Below are positions 7,695-17,261 of a stretch of 64,000 bases of DNA, one piece after another; position 1 is the first letter of the stretch; every line of letters begins with the position of its first letter. This DNA comes from Candidatus Doudnabacteria bacterium. GTDB lineage: Bacteria > Patescibacteriota > Doudnabacteria > UBA920 > 2-01-FULL-46-14. The DNA is taken from contig JAHFJD010000001.1 of NCBI GenBank assembly GCA_023246055.1, forward strand, positions 2,781 to 66,780, given 5' to 3'. The notes below the pieces were generated by a model, which saw only the letters and a program-made list of their open reading frames with translations, ran no database searches and had not been told where the DNA came from. The position numbers were made by a program, and so were the translations under genes.

Positions 7695-10514
7695 TTATGG
7701 AATTTTGACTGTTACTTGATTGCTTTTTTCATTGCCGATTCGCGCAAAAAGGCTATAGCTGCCTGGATTTGGGCGTGCTGTTTCGGGCCAGTTCAGGGTG
7801 TAGACAAAGATATCTCCGAAGCGCCGTTTGGAGATATTGCCGTCAATCTCCGTCTCGTTTCCAGCCGCAGAGCGCCGTAGAAATTCCACGGCATCAGTGC
7901 TCGCATCGAGAGAGGCTTCGATAGAAAAATTAAGAGGGAAATTTAAAGCAAAATTGTCTTGCGGCTCCAGAACGAGCAGTTTTTGACCGAGCGCAAAATG
8001 GAGATTCCGTATTTTTTGGGCCACACGGCCGGAAGCGGTTAGCACTTGCACCGTCAATTGATGCGCCCCGTCCACGTGGCTCGTTTGCCCCGTGTACTCG
8101 TACGGTACAGCCGCATCAGCGCCGATCACCCGGCCATCTAAAAAGAACCTTGCTTCTCTGATTTCGTCCGTTGATTTAACCTTGGCGCTGACCTTCCAGG
8201 AGTTTTCAGTGACCTTGTCTGGGGCGCTAATTTCGATTTGAATCGTGCTGTCAGTTTTGGGTTCCACTGGTCCATCTCCGCTGGCCGGATAAACATATCC
8301 ATTTGCCAGGGCCCAGAATCGGACAGGATCTTCCCAGCGCGGATCATCCGGTTTTTCCGAATGCAGCACAGTATAAACTTGAGTGGCGTTGTTTGCTGTC
8401 ACAGGGGCATGCACATCATCGTATTCTTCAGGCACATTGAAGCTTGCAAATATTTCAGTCTTGGTCTCCGGGCTGTATGTTGTTGGTAATTTGCCGGAGA
8501 GGCTGTCCACTGCGATTTCAGTAATCCCCGGCGGCCTCACGAACTCTTCTGCGGGTTTCCCCCCAAGGGCCTTTAGCATGAATCCTTGCCAGATGCTGGC
8601 CGCGACGAGTGATCCAGACGCTCCGCCAGTCATTGGCTCGTTGTTGTTATTGCCCATCCATACACCGGTTACCAGGCTCGGCGTATATCCCACGGTCCAG
8701 GCATCGCGGTATTCCTGGGTGGTGCCGGTTTTCGCCGCGACCGGGCGGCCGGGAAGCTGCAGGCGATTATTTTGCCCAAAAATATAAACTCGGGACGGGT
8801 TGTCTGACAACACATTGGTAATTTGGTAGGCAATTTGCGGGTCAAGTACTTCTTGCCCCCTTGATTCCTTATTTTCTTCCAACACGTTGCCTGATTTATC
8901 TTCAATTTTTAGGATGGCAGTAGTATTGTGCCTTACCCCTCCTGTGGCGAAGACTCCATAGGCAGCAGTATGTTCGAGGAGCTTGACCTCGGCTCCGCCG
9001 AGTACTAGGGCTGGGCCAAACCGCGACCGATCTTTGAGGGTAGTGATCCCCAGCGATTCCGCAGTTTCAATCGCATCGTCAATACCCGTGAGAATCAGGG
9101 TTTTGACAGCCGGGATGTTTAAAGATCCTTGCAAGGCTTTGCGGATAGACACCGGACCATGTTCTTTGCCATCATAGTTCGCCGGGATATACTCTTTACC
9201 GCCAAATTCACCAAAATCGGTGGTTACATCCATGATCAAGGTCGCCGGGCTCATGCCTTTTTTGAAGGCCGTGGCATAGACATAAGGCTTGAATGATGAA
9301 CCAGGCTGCCGCGGACGAAGCGCGACATTCACAGCGCCATCATGGGCTTTATCAAAATAGTCTCGGGAACCGACCATGGCCAGGATTTGGCCGGTGCGCG
9401 GGTCCATGGCCACGAGAGACGCATTGGTGGCATTGTATTTTTTTTCTGATGAAGCCACTTGGTCCGTGACTACCTGTTCGGCGATTTTTTGTAAATCTAA
9501 ATCCAATGACGTAGTGACGCGCAAGCCGTCGCGCCGCAAGCTGATATCACCGTATTTTTTCGCCAGTAAATCCTGGACATATAGCACAAAATGCGGGGCC
9601 AGAATTCCCCGACCAATGTTTCGGAATTCTACCTTTATACCCTGGGCTTCGTCGCGCTGTTTTTTTGTGATATATCCTTGATCAGCCATCACTGCGAGCA
9701 CAGTATCAGCGCGGGCATCGAGGGCTTCACGATTTGGGCCAAAGGGCGAATAATATGACGGAGCTTGGGGCATAGCAGCGAGATAAGCTGCTTCAATCAA
9801 GGTCAGATCACGGGCCGATTTTCCAAAAAAAGTCTGGGCCGCGGCCTCGACGCCATACGCGTTACCCCCATAGGGGATTTCATTCAGGTATAGCTGGAGG
9901 ATTTCATCTTTGGAATAGCGGCGTTCAATCTCCAGAGACAGGGCGATCTCCTTGATCTTGCGGCCCCAGGTTTTTTCGCGCGTCAACACAGCGTTTCTCA
10001 CAAACTGCTGGGTGATGGTTGACCCCCCCTGACTTTTACTGCCCTTGAGAATGTTTATGATTATTGCTCGGAGAATGCCGGTGATACTGATCCCCCCATG
10101 CGTATAGAAATTTTTATCTTCGATAGCAATGGTCGCATCTTTGACATACTTTGGTACTTGGTCCAGCGTGACAAGCGTGCGTTTTTCTTCATCATAGAGC
10201 TCGTAAAGAAGTTTCCCGTTGCGATCGAGGATTTTTGTTGATTCGACCGGCTCCCTTTTCGCCAGTTGCCCGGGATCAGGAATAGTAAAAGCATAGTAGG
10301 CAAAGGTTAGACCAAACAAGATGAAAAAAACAATGCCAGCAAAGACTCCAGCGACGAGTAATTTTTTAAACACTCCCTTGATCCGCCAAAACCGTCGCAA
10401 GAGGCGTCCCACATACACAAAAAACTTGCGAGCCAGAGAGGCTGAAGAGCGCTCTCGTGTCCGCAAGAATGGCTTGTCTCCAAATTTTTTCCAGCCGCGG
10501 CTGTAGTTAGACAT
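7695..10514 (-). CDS. Class A penicillin-binding protein (glycosyltransferase + transpeptidase) with long C-terminal extension
   Basis: 939 aa; GT51 motifs (EDKNFYTHGG, RQPGSSFKP SxxK), transpeptidase domain, N-terminal TM. Confidence 0.9.
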   Translation of the reverse strand: MSNYSRGWKKFGDKPFLRTRERSSASLARKFFVYVGRLLRRFWRIKGVFKKLLVAGVFAGIVFFILFGLTFAYYAFTIPDPGQLAKREPVESTKILDRNGKLLYELYDEEKRTLVTLDQVPKYVKDATIAIEDKNFYTHGGISITGILRAIIINILKGSKSQGGSTITQQFVRNAVLTREKTWGRKIKEIALSLEIERRYSKDEILQLYLNEIPYGGNAYGVEAAAQTFFGKSARDLTLIEAAYLAAMPQAPSYYSPFGPNREALDARADTVLAVMADQGYITKKQRDEAQGIKVEFRNIGRGILAPHFVLYVQDLLAKKYGDISLRRDGLRVTTSLDLDLQKIAEQVVTDQVASSEKKYNATNASLVAMDPRTGQILAMVGSRDYFDKAHDGAVNVALRPRQPGSSFKPYVYATAFKKGMSPATLIMDVTTDFGEFGGKEYIPANYDGKEHGPVSIRKALQGSLNIPAVKTLILTGIDDAIETAESLGITTLKDRSRFGPALVLGGAEVKLLEHTAAYGVFATGGVRHNTTAILKIEDKSGNVLEENKESRGQEVLDPQIAYQITNVLSDNPSRVYIFGQNNRLQLPGRPVAAKTGTTQEYRDAWTVGYTPSLVTGVWMGNNNNEPMTGGASGSLVAASIWQGFMLKALGGKPAEEFVRPPGITEIAVDSLSGKLPTTYSPETKTEIFASFNVPEEYDDVHAPVTANNATQVYTVLHSEKPDDPRWEDPVRFWALANGYVYPASGDGPVEPKTDSTIQIEISAPDKVTENSWKVSAKVKSTDEIREARFFLDGRVIGADAAVPYEYTGQTSHVDGAHQLTVQVLTASGRVAQKIRNLHFALGQKLLVLEPQDNFALNFPLNFSIEASLDASTDAVEFLRRSAAGNETEIDGNISKRRFGDIFVYTLNWPETARPNPGSYSLFARIGNEKSNQVTVKIP

Positions 10515-10537
10515 TTCTCTAATTATACAATAAAATT

Positions 10538-11719
10538 ATGATTATGGACATTCAAACTATTCTCACTCGGGGGGTCGCCGAGGTTATCGAAAAAAAACAT
10601 CTGGAGCAGGCTCTAAAGTCCGGTAAAAAATTGCGCGTGAAACTGGGCATTGATCCGACGAGCCCAAACATCCATATCGGCCGTGCAGTACTGCTTCTAA
10701 AGTTGCGTGCATTCCAGGAAGCTGGGCATACAGCGATATTTATCATAGGCGATTCGACAGGTATTGTTGGCGATACTTCGGACAAGGAATCGGAAAGACC
10801 AATGCTCACGGAAAAGCAAATCAAAGCAAACATGAAAACTTATCTAGCCCAGGCATACACAATTTTAGACAAGAAAAAAACAGAAGTTTATTACAATTCC
10901 AAATGGCTTAACAAATTGGGTTTCTTGGAGTTAGCCAGAATGGCAAACCTGTTCGGACTCCATGAGATGGAATCGCGGGAGATTATAGCCAGAAGGTTGA
11001 GCGCTGGACAAAGAGTATCCATTCACGAAATTCTCTACCCTCTAATGCAGGGGTATGATTCCGTAGCCGTGAAAGCGGATTTAGAATTAGGAGGCACAGA
11101 TCAGCGGTTTAATCTTTTGGCTGGCCGCAGAATCCAGCCCATGTATGATCAAACTCCGCAAGACATTCTCATGATGGAGCTTTTGGAAGGTACAGATGGT
11201 AGGAAAATGTCTTCCTCTTGGGGGAATGTGATCAATGTCACTGATGAGCCCGCCGAAATATTCGGCAGAGTGATGTCCATATCCGATGAGCTCATCATTC
11301 GTTATTTTATTCTATGCACCGAGGTGCCAGAGAGCGAGATCGCGAGCATGGCCATGGCACTGAAAAACAAATCTGTTAATCCGCGCAATCTCAAATCCAA
11401 ACTCGCCTTTGAAATTGTGAAGCTCTATCACGGAGAAAAGCCGGCCAAAACCGCGCACGAGGGATTTGAGAGCAAATTCGGTACAAGGCAAGGGGAGGTG
11501 AGCGCGGATTTTGAAATCAAGAAAACCGCCGGTAGCTATTCGATTGTCGATATTCTCGTGGAAGGCAAGCTGGCTTCCTCCAAATCTGAAGCTAGAAGAA
11601 AATTGCGCGAAGGAGCAGTAGAAATCGATGGCTCTAAAATAACAGACGAGACAGCTTCAGTGAAACTTACCAAAGGCACACTCATCCGCCTCGGGAAGAG
11701 GTTTTTGAGGATAAAATAA
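10538..11719 (+). CDS. tyrS: Tyrosyl-tRNA synthetase
   Basis: 393 aa, class I HIGH-like (PNIHIGR) and KMSSS motifs, C-terminal S4 domain. Confidence 0.85.
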   Translation: MIMDIQTILTRGVAEVIEKKHLEQALKSGKKLRVKLGIDPTSPNIHIGRAVLLLKLRAFQEAGHTAIFIIGDSTGIVGDTSDKESERPMLTEKQIKANMKTYLAQAYTILDKKKTEVYYNSKWLNKLGFLELARMANLFGLHEMESREIIARRLSAGQRVSIHEILYPLMQGYDSVAVKADLELGGTDQRFNLLAGRRIQPMYDQTPQDILMMELLEGTDGRKMSSSWGNVINVTDEPAEIFGRVMSISDELIIRYFILCTEVPESEIASMAMALKNKSVNPRNLKSKLAFEIVKLYHGEKPAKTAHEGFESKFGTRQGEVSADFEIKKTAGSYSIVDILVEGKLASSKSEARRKLREGAVEIDGSKITDETASVKLTKGTLIRLGKRFLRIK

Positions 11720-11991
11720 CAAATAGACCTGGATAACGAAGGAATCTCTACGCGCTGGTTCCAAAACCAAAGCTTTTAAGATTATTTTTATCTGGGGTGG
11801 GGCAATTGCGATAGTTATTTTAGTCGCCGCCGCGTTTTTTGGATACATTGAGGAGAATCAATCCGCTGAGCTTCTTTGGGCTGCGCTACTTTGGTTAATC
11901 TCGGGGATCTTGATTCGCCTCACTTATGGTAAACAATAGATTAGACTTATTTAAGCACTTCTAATTCCCCGCCGGTTACTGATCGGGGTTT

Positions 11992-12312
11992 TTATTTTTT
12001 CAGGGCGGATTTTAGTTTGGGCAGATTTTTTTTTACAACATTCCAGACACGCTTATAGTTTATCTTGAAGTACTCGTGAATTATCCGATTTCTTAAACCG
12101 ACTATATCGTGCCACGGAATGTCAGGATATCGATTGCGGAATTTCGCGGACAAGTGATTTGCCGCCTCGCCAATTATCTCTAATTCCCGGACCACACCGG
12201 CACGACGAAGTTTGTCTCGTCTAAAATTTTCGCAACTCATCCTCAACACAAACGTTTCAGCTTCCGCGATAGCCTCTAAGATATGTTTTTTATATAAAGT
12301 ATCTTTATCCAT
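11992..12312 (-). CDS. HepT-like toxin (DUF86, RX4HXY motif)
   Basis: 106 aa; RNRIIHEY motif; overlaps cognate nucleotidyltransferase gene. Confidence 0.7.
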   Translation of the reverse strand: MDKDTLYKKHILEAIAEAETFVLRMSCENFRRDKLRRAGVVRELEIIGEAANHLSAKFRNRYPDIPWHDIVGLRNRIIHEYFKINYKRVWNVVKKNLPKLKSALKK

Positions 12313-12781
12313 AAAGTATCTTTAAATCTTTGACCGCCTGCGGTTCGACAAGCTCATCCAGGTCCCCTTCCTCAGCCAAATCAACCTTCAAGTTTAGTGC
12401 GTCTTGGAGTATATTCTGTAGTCGGATAACATCTAAAAGGCTTTTATCGTTTTGTTTATGAAACCGAACTAGCACATCCAAATCACTATCGGGCCGCGCT
12501 TCGCCTCTGGCATAGGAGCCAAAAATACCGGCGAACTCAACGTCATTTTTTTTGAGAATCGGTACAGCTATTTTTTTGATTTGCTCCAAAGTCAAAACTG
12601 GCTTCGGATGGCTTGCAAACGGCGCCTCTGAAGCTTGATCAATGAGTTCTGGATTGGTTTTGGCAGCAAACCGCAAAAGTGCGCGAACGAATTCGCTGCG
12701 ATTGGCAAAACCATAGTTTTTTGTCGTTTGATCAACAAACTTGGCTTGTTCAGCAGTTAAGCTGATATTTACAGTCTTCAT
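12305..12781 (-). CDS. MntA-like nucleotidyltransferase antitoxin with N-terminal ribbon-helix-helix domain
   Basis: GSYARGEARPDSDLDVLV NTase motif; N-terminal NRSEFVRALL RHH-like segment; start placed at second Met (MKTVNISL) because upstream Met lies in GC hairpin repeat. Confidence 0.65.
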   Translation of the reverse strand: MKTVNISLTAEQAKFVDQTTKNYGFANRSEFVRALLRFAAKTNPELIDQASEAPFASHPKPVLTLEQIKKIAVPILKKNDVEFAGIFGSYARGEARPDSDLDVLVRFHKQNDKSLLDVIRLQNILQDALNLKVDLAEEGDLDELVEPQAVKDLKILYG

Positions 12782-12825
12782 AGATCCATTATAGCAAACT
12801 TTGGCAAGGTTTGTCAACCCCCTCT

Positions 12826-13323
12826 TCATCTCCCCCTTGATAAGGGGGAGAAAGAGTGAGGGTGATTGGCTCCGCAGATGGCCAGGGCTAGGGCGTCGGC
12901 CGCGTCATCGGGCTTGGGGATGGATTTCAGGTTCAGAAGAGTTTTAACCATGTACTGAACCTGTTTTTTGTCGGCCTTGCCGTAATTGGTTAAAGAGTTT
13001 TTAACTTGCAGGGGGGTGAATTCTGTGATGGGGATTTTATTTTGTCTCGCGCACAGCAACACCACACCGCGTGCCTGTGCGACCGCGATTGCAGTTTTTA
13101 CATTGTTATAAAAAAATACAGATTCCACCGCGACCTTGCCTGGCTTGTGTTTGCGGATTAACGAATTTAAATCCTTGTAAATTTCTTCGAGTCGTTCTGG
13201 TAGTGAATTATTTTTCGAAGTTTTCAGGCAGCCATATTCAATCGCGCGCAATTTGCCTTTTGCGGATTCAATGACTGCGTAACCAGTTGTGGCAGTGCCG
13301 GGATCAATACCGAGTATTATCAT
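12826..13323 (-). CDS. ruvC: Holliday junction resolvase RuvC
   Basis: 165 aa, MIILGIDPGTATTGYAV N-terminus, RuvC fold residues. Confidence 0.9.
   Translation of the reverse strand: MIILGIDPGTATTGYAVIESAKGKLRAIEYGCLKTSKNNSLPERLEEIYKDLNSLIRKHKPGKVAVESVFFYNNVKTAIAVAQARGVVLLCARQNKIPITEFTPLQVKNSLTNYGKADKKQVQYMVKTLLNLKSIPKPDDAADALALAICGANHPHSFSPLSRGR
12829..12851. repeat. GC-rich hairpin repeat (family 1) TCTCCCCCTTGATAAGGGGGAGA at ruvC 3' end
   Basis: Perfect 9-bp stem seen directly. Confidence 0.8.
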
Positions 13324-14039
13324 AGATTCGCGCTAGTGTGCACAGCGATTACGTCTTCATCATTTTCCAGCTCTGCGAACAAGGTATCTACTGCTGGTTT
13401 TTGTTCATCAGATAGATCCACTCCTTGGCTGCTTTCTTTTATGATTTGCGCTTCCGCAATCTTGACTCCGAGACTCTGGAGTTTTTGTTTGATAGGGTTG
13501 AGATCCAAAGGACGGGTGTAGACCTCGAGTCCTTCTTTTGATTCACGGACATCTTCGGCACCAGCATCGATCGCGGCCAGTTCCAGATCTGATAGATCAA
13601 CCCCAGATCTTTCCACGAGTATTTGTCCCCTTGTAGCAAACTGCCAGGCAACGCTCCCCTGTTCCGCGAGATTGCCCCCATGCTTTGCGAAGATATGTTT
13701 GATGTTGTTTACTGTACGATTCTTGTTGTCTGTCGCGGTCTCTATGAGAAACGCGGTGCCGAAAGGCCCGTAACCTTCATAGACTACCTCTTCAAGGGTG
13801 TTTCCGTCTTGTGCCCCTGCGGCCCGCGAGATAGCTCGTTCAATATTGTCACCGGGCATGCTCAGCGTTCGGGCATTCTCAATGACCATGCGCAGTTTGA
13901 AATTGGTAGCCGGGTCCACGCCTCCGTTTTTTGCGGCAATGGTTATTGCGCGGGCGAGTTTGGAGAAGGCCTGCCCTTTCTTTTTGTCAGCCGCGCCTTT
14001 TTGTCTCTTGATTTGTGCCCATTTGCTATGCCCGCTCAT
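13320..14039 (-). CDS. YebC/PmpR family DNA-binding transcriptional regulator
   Basis: 239 aa, MSGHSKWAQIKRQKG N-terminus diagnostic of YebC family. Confidence 0.9.
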   Translation of the reverse strand: MSGHSKWAQIKRQKGAADKKKGQAFSKLARAITIAAKNGGVDPATNFKLRMVIENARTLSMPGDNIERAISRAAGAQDGNTLEEVVYEGYGPFGTAFLIETATDNKNRTVNNIKHIFAKHGGNLAEQGSVAWQFATRGQILVERSGVDLSDLELAAIDAGAEDVRESKEGLEVYTRPLDLNPIKQKLQSLGVKIAEAQIIKESSQGVDLSDEQKPAVDTLFAELENDEDVIAVHTSANL

Positions 14040-15385
14040 ATTGTGATCGTTTCTCCATATTTCGGAATCGTGGCTTCAAGCTTGTGCTCTTTTAATTTTG
14101 CCCCAAATTCCAGCATGCTTTCCGCATCGCCGTGTACGAGACAAATTTGCCCGATTTCTTTGGCCGTGCTGATCCACGAAAGCAATTTTTTCTGATCCGC
14201 ATGAGCAGAAAACCCCCCGATGGCTATGACCCGGGCTTTCACTGGCACACTTTTGTTGAGCAGCTCCACCCATTTTTGTCCGTCCAAAATTTTTCGTCCA
14301 GGGGTGTGTGCTGCTTGGTAGCCAATGATTAGCAGGGTGTTTCTGGGGTCAGGCAGGTAGCGCTCGAGATGGTACATGATGCGGCCCCCGTTCATCATGC
14401 CGCTGCCGGCGATGATAATTTTGGGGCTGGGAATTTTATTGATCACTCTGGATTTTTGGCGGGTGGGGGTGAGGCGCAGCCCGGGGAAATCAAACAAATC
14501 ATGATCCTTTTTCTGTTGCAGCCAATCGTCGTTATTGAAAAACTCCGGGTATTTTCTGAAAATTTCTGTGACCTTGATAGCAAGCGGTGAATCCAAAAAG
14601 ATCGGCATCGCCGGAATCATCCCGGCTTTAATCATATTGTGCAGTTCGTACAAGATTTCCTGGGTTCGCTCAACGGCAAACGCGGGGATGAGCAGTGTCC
14701 CGCGTTGTTTGATGGTTTGCACTACGGTGTCTTCGAACAGCTGGCTGCGCTGCTGTGGGGTCTCATGCAGGCGGTTGCCATAAGTGGTTTCGCAGACCAG
14801 GAGATCAATAGCTTCGCGGAGCGGTTCAGTTTCGCGGATAATCGGCGGATGTTCATTGCCAATATCCCCCGAAAATATGAGCTTTTTCCCGTCGATGACA
14901 AGTTCTATGAACGCAGCCCCCAGGATGTGGCCGGAATTGTGAAAGATAGCGTAGTCTGTTTCTGAAAGCGGGATTTTTTGTCCATATTCTACACCTTGGA
15001 AAAATTTTTCTACTCGTTTTGTGGCCGCGGCACTATACAAAGGTAGGCGGCCGGTCTCCTGATACTCGATCTCCATAATTTCTATGGCATCTTCCCATAG
15101 GGCATTCATGAGCTCCAGGGTCGGGCTCGTGGCAAAGATTTTTCCGGTAAACCCTTCGGCGCATATTTTTGGCAGGCGGCCGGTATGATCCAGATGCGCG
15201 TGAGTTATCAAGACATTGTCAATCGCGCCACAGCCAAAAGGCAGCGCTTCATAATTTCTCGCCCGAGCGAACCGCTCACCTTGAAACAGACCGCAGTCTA
15301 CGAGTACGGTTGTGCGTTCGCCGCGTACTAGGTAGCAAGATCCGGTCACCTCAGTGGTAGCTCCATAAAAAGTGATTGAAGGCAT
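14036..15385 (-). CDS. MBL-fold beta-CASP family RNA-metabolising hydrolase
   Basis: 449 aa; HAHLDHTG metallo-beta-lactamase motif, beta-CASP-like C-terminal region. Confidence 0.7.
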   Translation of the reverse strand: MPSITFYGATTEVTGSCYLVRGERTTVLVDCGLFQGERFARARNYEALPFGCGAIDNVLITHAHLDHTGRLPKICAEGFTGKIFATSPTLELMNALWEDAIEIMEIEYQETGRLPLYSAAATKRVEKFFQGVEYGQKIPLSETDYAIFHNSGHILGAAFIELVIDGKKLIFSGDIGNEHPPIIRETEPLREAIDLLVCETTYGNRLHETPQQRSQLFEDTVVQTIKQRGTLLIPAFAVERTQEILYELHNMIKAGMIPAMPIFLDSPLAIKVTEIFRKYPEFFNNDDWLQQKKDHDLFDFPGLRLTPTRQKSRVINKIPSPKIIIAGSGMMNGGRIMYHLERYLPDPRNTLLIIGYQAAHTPGRKILDGQKWVELLNKSVPVKARVIAIGGFSAHADQKKLLSWISTAKEIGQICLVHGDAESMLEFGAKLKEHKLEATIPKYGETITI

Positions 15386-15417
15386 TGTAATTGAAGCATA
15401 GCATAATTTTAGAAACC

Positions 15418-15447
15418 AAAAACCGCTGGTTAAGCGGTTTTTGGTTC
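15418..15447. terminator. Rho-independent terminator hairpin (AAAACCGCTGGTTAAGCGGTTTTTGGTT)
   Basis: GC stem + T-run downstream of minus-strand gene ending 15575. Confidence 0.5.
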
Positions 15448-15574
15448 GGAATCATCGGAAGCAGGGCTCTGACTTCCTTCTGGATGTTTACTAATATCAT
15501 GACCGTCCATATTCTCAACATCATCGACGTCAGCGCTGCACATTGGGCAAGTTGGCATTGTGTTGCACCCCCTT

Positions 15575-16546
15575 TCAAGGTTTTACTGTAAACGTGGTTG
15601 TTTGATAAAGAATTGAACCATTTTTTGCAAAACCAAAAACTCGCACTTCGTATTGCCCGGTAGCCACCGGAGCACTGAACGTGAATCGGAAAGGCGAGCG
15701 TTCATCCGTAAGCCGTAGAGGTTCAGAAATCAAAATGGCTTGGGCGAGTTCAGTCGGTGCGCTCAGCTCTACGGTGATTTCGCTTCCGGGAACCACAGCT
15801 GTTTGTGAGAGGTCGGTGATGTTTAACTCCGGTGAAGGGGAATTGACAATCAGTCCCTTCACCAGTTGGTTGGCTGTTTTTATCTCCGCGGCCTTGATGA
15901 GATTCTGGGGATTCACATTTTGGAGGCCACGTTTGAGAATACCAAAATCGGTCTCGAGGGAAAAGGTCAGAGAGTAATCAAGCGCTGGATCGCCTAGCGC
16001 CATATAGAGATAATTGTCTTTGGTTTGCGGATCAATGGGGATGCTCAAGAGATTTTTTCCATTCAAGAGTTCATCAAGTGTTTGGGGATACACATGATTG
16101 GCCGTGAAAAATGCGGAAAGCGCAGCTTGTATGGTTTCGATATCCTCAAGCCTCCGCTGGTCGTGGATAGTAGCGTCCTGTTCGAGTTCGGCAGAGGAGA
16201 TAGTTGCGGAGTTGACCGTCCCGTTTTCTCCAGATCCAGAGAACCATGAATAGCTCCAGTATGCTGTGATACCGACTATCGGTATAGCCATTATTACGAT
16301 GAGAGATGGAATCACCATTTGGCGCATGCGGCCGAGAAACCCTGGTTTACTTTGTGCTTGCGGGGCGAGTTCTTTTTCGAGAATATCCATGCTCTGCGGT
16401 TTTGGTCGAATCGTCGCAACACTAAAAGCTTCTTCAACATCCATAGCTCCCCAACCCGCGCCGAGCAAAATCTGCCGGATCTCTAGTTCCGAAAATCCGT
16501 CTTTGAGATTTTGTTTGATATAGGAGAGAAGACTTGGTTCTATCAT
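15575..16546 (-). CDS. Hypothetical membrane-anchored protein
   Basis: 323 aa ORF with one TM segment, no recognisable domain. Confidence 0.45.
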   Translation of the reverse strand: MIEPSLLSYIKQNLKDGFSELEIRQILLGAGWGAMDVEEAFSVATIRPKPQSMDILEKELAPQAQSKPGFLGRMRQMVIPSLIVIMAIPIVGITAYWSYSWFSGSGENGTVNSATISSAELEQDATIHDQRRLEDIETIQAALSAFFTANHVYPQTLDELLNGKNLLSIPIDPQTKDNYLYMALGDPALDYSLTFSLETDFGILKRGLQNVNPQNLIKAAEIKTANQLVKGLIVNSPSPELNITDLSQTAVVPGSEITVELSAPTELAQAILISEPLRLTDERSPFRFTFSAPVATGQYEVRVFGFAKNGSILYQTTTFTVKP

Positions 16547-16556
16547 GGTTGTTATA

Positions 16557-16630
16557 TGGGCGTGCCTGGATTCGAACCAGGGACCCTCTGTGTATAAGAC
16601 AGATGCTCTAACCAGCTGAGCTACACGCCC
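16557..16630 (-). tRNA. tRNA-Ile (anticodon UAU)
   Basis: 74-nt cloverleaf by hand: acceptor GGGCGTG/CACGCCC, D-arm GCTCAGCTGGTTAGAGC, anticodon loop CTTATAC, T-loop TTCGAAT. Confidence 0.7.
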
Positions 16631-16655
16631 ATACCAGTATTATATCTGTTTCATC

Positions 16656-16928
16656 TTATGAAATCGAGATGCGTAGTTCAGCATCGAGAGCTTCAGCTAT
16701 CCGATGAAGAAACTTAATTGAAGGGTTGTAGCCCCCTCTTTCCAGCCGGGAGATAACAGGTTGTTTTGTGCCAAGCTTAGCCGCTAGCTGTTTTTGGGTC
16801 AGACCCTCCTTGAGGCGTTTTTTTATGATCATTCTGATCAAATCAAATTCCGGCCCCAGTTCATCGTAGGCTTTTTTGAATTCTTTATTTTTTAGTAACT
16901 GCACTCTAAAAGCTTTGTAAGTTCTCAT
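16656..16928 (-). CDS. XRE-family HTH antitoxin (HigA-like)
   Basis: 90 aa; HTH LTQKQLAAKLGTKQPVISRLERG; paired with upstream gp49/HigB-like toxin. Confidence 0.7.
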   Translation of the reverse strand: MRTYKAFRVQLLKNKEFKKAYDELGPEFDLIRMIIKKRLKEGLTQKQLAAKLGTKQPVISRLERGGYNPSIKFLHRIAEALDAELRISIS

Positions 16929-16954
16929 AAAGATAATATAACTTATAAGTTATA

Positions 16955-17260
16955 TTATGTCAAGTGTTTCATCCTGGAAAATGCGATATCAAGCTCCTTT
17001 CGAGGAGTTTGTTGAGATTGCTTTATAAATCCGTGTAATAAATAAACTGCATTGTTGTGAAAGCAATAGAAAATTCTAATCTCTTGTTTCCCCCTGACGC
17101 GCAGTTCAAAGACGCCTTTATTTATGTGTCTACTATGAGGCATGCTGAGCTGATAGCCAAATTCTTCGATCAAGCTAATAGTTCTATCTACTTTGGCGGC
17201 AGCTGGCATTCCGAGAGAACGGATAAATTTTTCTACACTTGCATCGATAAACAGCTGCAT
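16955..17260 (-). CDS. HigB-like toxin (phage Gp49/DUF891 family)
   Basis: 101 aa; ...GKQEIRIFYCFHNNAVYLLHGFIKQSQQTP typical of RelE/HigB-superfamily Gp49-like proteins. Confidence 0.7.
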   Translation of the reverse strand: MQLFIDASVEKFIRSLGMPAAAKVDRTISLIEEFGYQLSMPHSRHINKGVFELRVRGKQEIRIFYCFHNNAVYLLHGFIKQSQQTPRKELDIAFSRMKHLT

Positions 17261-17261
17261 A

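Noticed and set aside
11727-11939. Possible small membrane ORF (…IWGGAIAIVILVAAAFFGYIEENQSAELLWAALLWLISGILIRLTYGKQ) after tyrS
   Set aside because: Open frame lacks any ATG/GTG/TTG start, so it may be an untranslated remnant.
13623-14195. ORF 13623-14195 (+), 190 aa, and other long antisense ORFs (25276-25818, 39055-39636, 39637-40038, 41034-41552, 46341-46799, 47058-47596, 48728-49186, 21392-21796, 22135-22698)
   Set aside because: Each lies antisense within a well-supported conserved gene (yebC, rpsA, infB, nrnA-like, dnaK, hrcA, gyrA). These are typical antisense ORFs in genes with codon bias.
15351-15578. ORF 15351-15578 (-) and alternative 42-aa ORF 15430-15558 (MPTCPMCSADVDDVEN...)
   Set aside because: Both overlap the terminator hairpin and neighbouring gene ends. 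The 42-aa acidic peptide has a single CxxC only. No support beyond an open frame.
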